DNA from: an uncultured Deferribacteres bacterium
GTDB taxonomy: Bacteria; Zhuqueibacterota; Zhuqueibacteria; Zhuqueibacterales; Geothermadaptataceae
Direction: 5' to 3'
Length of the DNA stretch: 64,000 nucleotides
NCBI GenBank assembly: GCA_964014485.1
Contig: CAXHAT010000011.1
Location: 1 to 64,000 of the forward strand
The stretch's first letter is position 1; each line of letters starts with the position of its first letter. The translations under genes and the position numbers were made by a program. Below are positions 57,724 through 64,000 of the stretch, piece by piece. The notes under the pieces were generated by a model that saw only the letters and a list, made by a program, of their open reading frames with translations, had not been told where the DNA came from and searched no databases.

Positions 57724-58605
57724 ATGGAGTTCCAAATGCAGCAATCACTCTATTCACAAGCGACGCTGGACTATCAGCGAATCGAACAAGCCATAAAATT
57801 TCTTGAAAAAAACTTTCGCGACCACCCCAGCCTCAAAGAAATCGCCCAAAGCGCCGCGATGAGCGAATTTCATTTTCAAAAATTATTCAGCCGGTGGGTT
57901 GGAATCAGCCCCAAAAGGTTTTTGCAATATCTTACCGTCGAGTATGCAAAAGAATTGCTCGATGAATCAAGAGATTTGCTCGACGTTACTTTTCAAAGCG
58001 GACTCTCTAGTCCTGGAAGGTTACACGACTTGTTCGTCACTTGCGAAGCCGTCACTCCCGGCGATTACAAAAACAGAGGCGGCGGAATCGCCATCGATTT
58101 TGGATTTCATCCATCACCATTCGGAGAATGCCTTGTTTTGCTAACGGAAAAGGGCGTTTGCGGCCTTGCTTTTGTGCAAGACGGCAACAGAGAAGATGCG
58201 CTGGAGGCTTTTCGGAAACGATGGAAAAACGCCGTCTTTAATGAAGATAAATCAAAAACAGCACCCTTGGTTGCGCAGATATTTCACTTGGAAGGCGAGA
58301 AGAGCGCCAAACCGCTCCATATTCATATTCGGGGCACGAATTTTCAAGTCAAGGTCTGGGAAGCGTTACTAAAAATTCCAGTGGGTCAGCTACACACTTA
58401 CCAGGATATCGCGCGGGCTATTGGAAGACCGGCCGCTACACGCGCGGTTGGAACTGCTGTTGGACAAAACCAGATTTCGTTCGTCATTCCGTGTCATCGC
58501 GTCCTGCGGGCAAACGGCAGGATCAGCGGTTATGCGTGGGGGCCGACGCGCAAGCGCATTATTTTGGGGTGGGAAGCGAATCACAGGCAAACATTGCAGG
58601 CATGA
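57724..58605 (+). CDS. AraC-HTH / methylated-DNA--protein-cysteine methyltransferase (Ada/Ogt-like, no N-terminal Zn domain)
   Basis: SEFHFQKLFSRWVGISPK, GLSSPGRLHDLF, GTNFQVKVWEAL, RAVGTA, IPCHRV active site. Confidence 0.93.
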   Translation: MEFQMQQSLYSQATLDYQRIEQAIKFLEKNFRDHPSLKEIAQSAAMSEFHFQKLFSRWVGISPKRFLQYLTVEYAKELLDESRDLLDVTFQSGLSSPGRLHDLFVTCEAVTPGDYKNRGGGIAIDFGFHPSPFGECLVLLTEKGVCGLAFVQDGNREDALEAFRKRWKNAVFNEDKSKTAPLVAQIFHLEGEKSAKPLHIHIRGTNFQVKVWEALLKIPVGQLHTYQDIARAIGRPAATRAVGTAVGQNQISFVIPCHRVLRANGRISGYAWGPTRKRIILGWEANHRQTLQA

Positions 58606-58676
58606 AATCTTTTTCGAAACCAGGATATCGCACTGTGCGAGTACGGTGTAGCAGCCTTAGCTGAGACTTGCATTGC

Positions 58677-59861
58677 TCAAATCACAACCCGAATGGTCGT
58701 GCCTTTGCCCACTTCCGTTTCCTTGAGTATGAGTTTGCCTCCATGATATTCCTCTACAATTCTGCGAACGAGACTAAGGCCAAGCCCCCAGCCGCGCTTT
58801 TTGGTGCTGTAGCCAGGCTTAAAAATGTTCTTTTTTTCTTTGCTCTCAATACCCTTGCCTGTGTCGATTATGTCGATGATAGCGCAACACTTCACATCTT
58901 CGGGGGGCGTTGCGCGAACAGTGATTTTTCCAGCGGGCTGATCGATAGCATCCAGTGAGTTCTTCACCAAATTTTCGATTACCCACTCCAGCAGTTCAGG
59001 ATTGAAGGGGACTTCCTCTTTGATCTGATTCTCAAATTCTATCGCCACCGATTTACCGTTTTGCGGGATGCGTCTTCGGAAATAGGCGATCACGCTTTCG
59101 ATCGTTTCGCCGAGATTGTGCGGTTTAATGTCAGCTTTTGAGCCGATACGTGAGAAGCGTTGCGCGACTTTGTCCAGGCGCTTGACGTCCTGCTGCATGT
59201 CTTCGAGTACGTTCGCTTGCTCGGGGGTGGGGTTCTTGATTTTCAGCAATTCAAGCCAGCCCATTAATGAAGAGATCGGCGTGCCGAGTTGGTGCGCCGT
59301 TTCTTTTGCCATGCCAACCCAAATGAAACGCTGCTCGCTTCGGCGAATGCTGTTGAACCCCAGGAAGCCAATGGTAATGAAAAGCCCAATTGCGATTATT
59401 GTAACGTATGGCAAGCGCTGCAACTGCAGAATCGATTTTGAGTCGCCGAAGAATAGATATCCCAAAGGGTAGCCCTGGTACCGAATCGGGATCGGCTCGT
59501 TTTCTTTTCGCATTGCCGCCATGATGTCGCGCACTTTTTTCAGCGCCTCTTCCGATCTGTCGTTAGGGTCGACGCCAATGCCTTTCCAGCTCGAAGGTTC
59601 GAACTCGGCGTCGCTCTGGATGATTGGGAATTTTGTCGGTTGAATAATTTTTTCAAAGATAAAATTCAACTCAGGTCCGCTGGCTTCCTCTGCCGCCAAG
59701 GCGTAATATCGCGCATGTAAATCCGCAATTTCCCGCGCCTCGCGCCGCAAATCCTGCACAAGGTCATTCGTATATAGCAAAAGGAGAATAATTATAAGGA
59801 GCGCAAAAATGAAAAGAAGAGATTTGAACCTGCCCCCAAGTTGGTAGATTCGCGTGTTCAT
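58677..59861 (-). CDS. Sensor histidine kinase
   Basis: 2 TM helices; WVGMAKETAHQLGTP H-box, ENLVKNSLDA, DTGKG, F.PGYSTK.RGWGLGL. Confidence 0.93.
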   Translation of the reverse strand: MNTRIYQLGGRFKSLLFIFALLIIILLLLYTNDLVQDLRREAREIADLHARYYALAAEEASGPELNFIFEKIIQPTKFPIIQSDAEFEPSSWKGIGVDPNDRSEEALKKVRDIMAAMRKENEPIPIRYQGYPLGYLFFGDSKSILQLQRLPYVTIIAIGLFITIGFLGFNSIRRSEQRFIWVGMAKETAHQLGTPISSLMGWLELLKIKNPTPEQANVLEDMQQDVKRLDKVAQRFSRIGSKADIKPHNLGETIESVIAYFRRRIPQNGKSVAIEFENQIKEEVPFNPELLEWVIENLVKNSLDAIDQPAGKITVRATPPEDVKCCAIIDIIDTGKGIESKEKKNIFKPGYSTKKRGWGLGLSLVRRIVEEYHGGKLILKETEVGKGTTIRVVI

Positions 59862-60334
59862 GTCGTTTCTGATGAACTGGTTTTACTGGGTTGCGACCGT
59901 TTTCGCCAGACGATCATAAAGCCGATGATGCCAATCCACATCGGCATAAAATAGAGCATTTCCTCCGGCCATAGCACGCCGACTTCCCAGGTTTTCCAGG
60001 AAAAAGGAAAAAACAACGGGTAACCGCCGTGTGCATGTTTTTGTAACAAATCGAAGGCGAGATGAAGAAAGCTGCCAAACATGAGCACGACAAAAGCGCG
60101 GTTGCGGTCTTTGCGCACGAAAAAGCCGGATATCAACAGGCAGAGCAACAAAATCCCGAGCGGCGTGTGAAGCGGTTTAATGAACCAGTAAATTTGAGGG
60201 AAGGCGATGTAAAACGGGCGAGTCGCCATATCCGGCAGGACGGTTGCAAACAGGAAGAGCGCCATCCACGCCCTTTTTCGGTAGTTGAACGAAAAGAGAT
60301 AACCCGCGCCAATGTGGGAAATGAGATCAGGCAT
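59858..60334 (-). CDS. Membrane-bound metal-dependent hydrolase (YdjM-like)
   Basis: MPDLISH, LPD, LHTP, HL..D, G.PLFFP. Confidence 0.8.
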   Translation of the reverse strand: MPDLISHIGAGYLFSFNYRKRAWMALFLFATVLPDMATRPFYIAFPQIYWFIKPLHTPLGILLLCLLISGFFVRKDRNRAFVVLMFGSFLHLAFDLLQKHAHGGYPLFFPFSWKTWEVGVLWPEEMLYFMPMWIGIIGFMIVWRKRSQPSKTSSSETT

Positions 60335-60758
60335 CTTCGTCGATCTCCAGCGCGTTTTTTCCTAGCCTGAGCGCGCCGACAAGAAAAAGAACGGCTGCGG
60401 CCGCGCCAATAATCGAAACGGTGATTTTCAAACGGCGGTTTTTAGCGATGCGGAAACTGCCAAGCTGCAATGTGCTGTCAGCCTGGAAAACGCCGTCTAA
60501 ACTAATAAAATCGCTGACGAACGACTGGCTCAATTTGCCTTGCACCCACATGATTTCATCATTCTGTCGAATTCGGAAACCGTTTTCTCCAACGCTGTCA
60601 ACAATCGTTTCGACATAAAACTCGACTTTTTCCCCTACAAACTTTTCCGGCGTTTGATGCACTTCCGCAATTGTAAAGACCGGCGGCGTGCATGCAGCGT
60701 ATATGCACAAAATCAACAAAGCTCCGCCGCCCAGGCCGATTCGCCAATACGACATCAT
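60327..60758 (-). CDS. Hypothetical membrane protein with an OB-fold-like extracytoplasmic domain
   Basis: N- and C-terminal hydrophobic segments, PEKFVGEKV motif; overlaps both neighbours as in an operon. Confidence 0.6.
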   Translation of the reverse strand: MMSYWRIGLGGGALLILCIYAACTPPVFTIAEVHQTPEKFVGEKVEFYVETIVDSVGENGFRIRQNDEIMWVQGKLSQSFVSDFISLDGVFQADSTLQLGSFRIAKNRRLKITVSIIGAAAAVLFLVGALRLGKNALEIDEDA

Positions 60759-61588
60759 CCAAAAATACCGCCAAGTTCACTGGTGATTTCATGGTGAATT
60801 CGGCCGTTGGTCGCGACGATGTTCCCGGTTTCCCAAAAATCTTCGTCTTGTGTAAAACCGCTCACAAATCCCCCCGCTTCCTGAATTAACAACACGCCCG
60901 CAGCAATATCCCATTTGTTGAGGTTCAATTCCCAAAATCCGTCGAATCGCCCTCCCGCGACATAGGCCAAATCGATTGCAGCTGCGCCCATGCGGCGGAT
61001 ATCGCGGCACTTCCCAAAGAAATTTTGGAAGCTTTGTAAATAGGGTGTGATGAGTTCTTTCTTGCGGAAAGGAAAGCCGGTGGCAAGCAGGCAATCGGCC
61101 ATATCGTCATGCACGCTTACATGAAGTCTTGCACCGTTCATGAAAGCGCCGCCGCCTTTCGTAGCAGTGTAAATTTCATTCCGCACAGGGTCGAAAATAA
61201 CGCCTGCGACAGGTTCACCGGCAATAACCGCCGCGATTGAAACGGCAAAAACTCTCACATCATGCAAGTAGTTGGTGGTGCCGTCAAGCGGATCGATGAT
61301 CCATTGGACCTGACTGCCGCCAATCGAGCCGCCCTCTTCCGCAAGGATGGCGTGATCGGGAAAAGCGTTCCGAATGTGCTCGACGATAGCTTTTTCGGAA
61401 GTGTGATCGACAAGAGTCGCGTAATCGAATTCGCCTTTTTGTTCCAGGTTGTAATATTTAACGCGGGACAGATGCGTCAATAAAATCTCGCCGCCAATTT
61501 GTGCGGCTTCACGTGCGACTTTCAGGAATTCATCGTTTTTCGATTGCGGCGGGGCTATGTCATAGTCTGTTTGCGTATCGCCGTACAC
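60755..61588 (-). CDS. suhB: Inositol monophosphatase family protein
   Basis: AEE, WIIDPLDGTTNY.H, ATGFP, RRMGAAAIDLAYVA.GRFDGFWE, WDIAAG. Confidence 0.88.
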   Translation of the reverse strand: MYGDTQTDYDIAPPQSKNDEFLKVAREAAQIGGEILLTHLSRVKYYNLEQKGEFDYATLVDHTSEKAIVEHIRNAFPDHAILAEEGGSIGGSQVQWIIDPLDGTTNYLHDVRVFAVSIAAVIAGEPVAGVIFDPVRNEIYTATKGGGAFMNGARLHVSVHDDMADCLLATGFPFRKKELITPYLQSFQNFFGKCRDIRRMGAAAIDLAYVAGGRFDGFWELNLNKWDIAAGVLLIQEAGGFVSGFTQDEDFWETGNIVATNGRIHHEITSELGGIFG

Positions 61589-61635
61589 TTTATGTCTCCT
61601 GTGAAGTTTTTTGGGGTCTTCGTTTTTTTATTGCG

Positions 61636-62658
61636 CTACGAAATCGGGCTTTCGGCTTCTACTTTTTTCTTGGCTAAGGCGTCCTTGACGAATTTCTTTG
61701 CTTCAAGAAGAGAAGATGCATGTTTGAGCGAGTCACGCAGTGACTCAAGAGTACGAACGTCATTGACGCTTTGAATGTTCTCAATCAGTGCCGTGCTCGC
61801 ATCACCGAATTTGATTTCTAAAATATCATTGATACTTGCGTGTAGACCTTTTATCCACCCTTCTTCCATTCCCTTTTCTTTTCCTCTTTCCATCCCTCTT
61901 TTCATCCCCCTTCTTTCAGCATAGGTAACGTACGGCATTTTTTTGTTCTCCTCGATTCGTGTGAGTTCATCCATGACGACGTCTTCGAGTTCTTTCGGCA
62001 GCGTCATGACCCAGTCAATGAATCTGTATAAGGCTAAAACCGTCTTTTTCGTTAAGCCTCTTGCGTAAAGTTCAATCAATAGGCGTTTTTTCCACGAGAA
62101 TCGCGTCTGGTCATCGCCCTTGGTTGCTAACGTTTTTAAAAAAGCTTGAACCGCAATCGCAAAAGGGTTTTCATTTTTTTCGAGAGCATGCCAGTCTTTG
62201 TCATAGTCAATCAGTTTAATAGCTGGGAACTTGAATATTATTTCAAAACGCCAGTGTGCGCTACGGTACTGCTCAGGGCGAAAATTCACATTGTCGTCCG
62301 TTAAAATGACCAGACTGACAACGTCTTTGTTGAATTTATCCGCAATTCGATAATTATAAACATAAATCCGGCGCTCGAAATCTTTCTCCGGCTGCCCTTG
62401 AATTTCAACATGAATCAGCAGCCATTTTTCGCCGCCGTTTTTCAAAAAGACTTTGACAAGCTTATCGACAATGCGCGTGCCGGTCTGGCTGCCTTTGAGA
62501 ATTTTGCTCAGCTCTTTGTCGAGAAATTCGAAGCCTTTTGAAAAATCAACGTCGCGATAAACTTCGGGAAAAAAGAACTCAAGAAATTGCGGGAAAAGAT
62601 CTTCAAGAATATCTTTCCACGCGCTGTCTTGCTCAACAGGTTCCAGTTTTTTTGCCAT
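61636..62658 (-). CDS. Rpn-like PD-(D/E)xK nuclease / putative transposase
   Basis: DSAWKDILE..F..F..FFFP, FLDKEL, R.VDKLVKV, IHVEIQ, NPFA, MPYVT.AER.G..RG.E.G repeats. Confidence 0.8.
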   Translation of the reverse strand: MAKKLEPVEQDSAWKDILEDLFPQFLEFFFPEVYRDVDFSKGFEFLDKELSKILKGSQTGTRIVDKLVKVFLKNGGEKWLLIHVEIQGQPEKDFERRIYVYNYRIADKFNKDVVSLVILTDDNVNFRPEQYRSAHWRFEIIFKFPAIKLIDYDKDWHALEKNENPFAIAVQAFLKTLATKGDDQTRFSWKKRLLIELYARGLTKKTVLALYRFIDWVMTLPKELEDVVMDELTRIEENKKMPYVTYAERRGMKRGMERGKEKGMEEGWIKGLHASINDILEIKFGDASTALIENIQSVNDVRTLESLRDSLKHASSLLEAKKFVKDALAKKKVEAESPIS

Positions 62659-62681
62659 GAGTTTCCAAGAAGCCCGGGCAA

Positions 62682-64000
62682 TTATTTTAACTTCACTTCC
62701 GTCACGCCGGCGTCGCCCTGCCCTGTCTCTGTATCCGCGAGTTTGTATTGTTCAACGTCAGGGTGCTTTTTCAACATTTCCAGAATCGCCTTGCGCAAGG
62801 CTCCGGTGCCTCGGCCATGAATCAAACGAACGTTTTCCCAGCCGGACAACATTGCGTCGCTCAGGTATTGCTCAACGGCGATCAAGGCTTCTTCCACGCG
62901 CTTGCCGCGCAGATCAACGTGCGATAAAACCTTGTCGCTCGTCGAAACATTGACTGCGCCGTTCGTACGCTTCGTTTTTTTTGAAGCGCCTTTTAGCTCC
63001 TCAACCGGCACGCGTAGTCGCATATTCCCGACTTGAATATGCACTTTGCCGCCGTTCGGTTTTTCGAGAATTTGGGCGCGCATATTTTGCTTTTTCCACA
63101 CGGCTTCAGCGCCCGGTTCCAAGATAAGCGGATGCGCATGATCGACAAGTAATTTCTTCGGTTTTGGCTGAACGATTTTTTTGCGCTGACGATCCAGCGA
63201 TTCTTTTTGTTCGGAAACTTTCCGCTTCGCCGCTTTAATCGCTTCTTTCGAAGCCTGCTTCTCACGAATTTCGCGAATCGCTTCTTCTATCGCGGCGTTT
63301 GCCTTGGCAACGATGGCTTCGGAATCCTGGATCGCCTGCCGCTTCAATTTTCGTTCATTTTCGGCAAGTTTCTCGGCCCGGTCACGGTAGAGTTTCATCA
63401 TGCCGGTCAAACGAAGTTCTTCAGATTGAAGTTTGTCAATCAAGGCCTGCTGGTCGTGCAGCTTGGCCTGTAAATCCGCGATCAACGCTTCGACGCGGCC
63501 TTTTTCCGAGCCAACCAAATTGCGCGCCTCAGCGATCAGCCGTTCATTCAAACCGACGCGCGCCGCAATTTCGAACGCGTAGCTTGATCCTGGAATGTTC
63601 GGTTGAAAACGGTAGGTCGGTTCCAGAGAATCTGTGTTGAAAATCATACTGCCGTTGGCCGCGCCTTGCGTTTCGTGGGCATAGGCTTTCAGCGCGCCGT
63701 GATGCGTCGTGACGATGCACCGAACCTTGCGCTGAGTCAACAAATTCAGCATGGCAATCGACAGTGCAACTCCTTCTTCGGGATCGGTGCCGGAACCCAT
63801 TTCGTCAATCAAGACAAGATCGTGTGCGGCGGATTCCGCGACCATGCTTTGCAATCGTTGCAAATGCGAAGTGAAGGTCGAGAGATCATTCTCAATCGAT
63901 TGCTGGTCGCCGATGTCGACGAAAACGTTGCCCATGAGTCCGATTTCTGAATCGGCGCTGGCCGGAACGTGCAAGCCAAGCCGTGCGAGCAAAACGGCAA
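62682..64000 (-). CDS. mutS2: Endonuclease MutS2 (5' part lies outside the window)
   Basis: DIGDQQSIENDLSTF.SH, LIDEMGSGTDP.EG, TTHH, PG.SYAFEIA, C-terminal Smr domain DLRG..IHGRGTGALR. Confidence 0.95.
   Translation of the reverse strand, partial: AVLLARLGLHVPASADSEIGLMGNVFVDIGDQQSIENDLSTFTSHLQRLQSMVAESAAHDLVLIDEMGSGTDPEEGVALSIAMLNLLTQRKVRCIVTTHHGALKAYAHETQGAANGSMIFNTDSLEPTYRFQPNIPGSSYAFEIAARVGLNERLIAEARNLVGSEKGRVEALIADLQAKLHDQQALIDKLQSEELRLTGMMKLYRDRAEKLAENERKLKRQAIQDSEAIVAKANAAIEEAIREIREKQASKEAIKAAKRKVSEQKESLDRQRKKIVQPKPKKLLVDHAHPLILEPGAEAVWKKQNMRAQILEKPNGGKVHIQVGNMRLRVPVEELKGASKKTKRTNGAVNVSTSDKVLSHVDLRGKRVEEALIAVEQYLSDAMLSGWENVRLIHGRGTGALRKAILEMLKKHPDVEQYKLADTETGQGDAGVTEVKLK

Overview
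Bacterial chromosomal window, mostly housekeeping and metabolic genes on the minus strand: uvrA, tRNA-Val/tRNA-Asp, cysQ, sbcB, the kynurenine-pathway operon nbaC-ACMSD-cyclase, hisS, rpmB-rpmG, an ada/ogt-like gene, suhB and partial mutS2. The gene families suggest an FCB-related lineage such as KSB1 or Calditrichota (inference only). Intergenic spacers carry many REP-like palindromes of several families. The main accessory locus is at about 27.9-34.9 kb. It is a tightly coupled three-gene operon encoding an ECF-type sigma factor, a soluble anti-sigma-like protein, and a 1335-aa protein that fuses a Lon (S16) protease domain (Ser214/Lys257 dyad) to a NACHT NTPase and HEAT repeats. Divergent from it lie a 78-aa coiled-coil/TM protein, a ~280-nt hairpin array containing a 4-codon minigene with a maximal Shine-Dalgarno, and a 3-repeat Trp-rich protein. 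This looks like an NLR-type sensor-protease that releases a sigma factor, analogous to the CRISPR-linked CalpL/CalpT/CalpS cascade but with no CRISPR or cOA component in view. Other highlights: an unannotated 58-aa protein resembling the archaeal chromatin protein CC1 after rpmG, a tandem-AP2 protein behind hisS, a phased DnaA-box cluster, an MjaI-like nuclease with no adjacent methylase, and a CDS whose stop codon lies inside tRNA-Val. All family calls come from motif recognition; no database searches were run.
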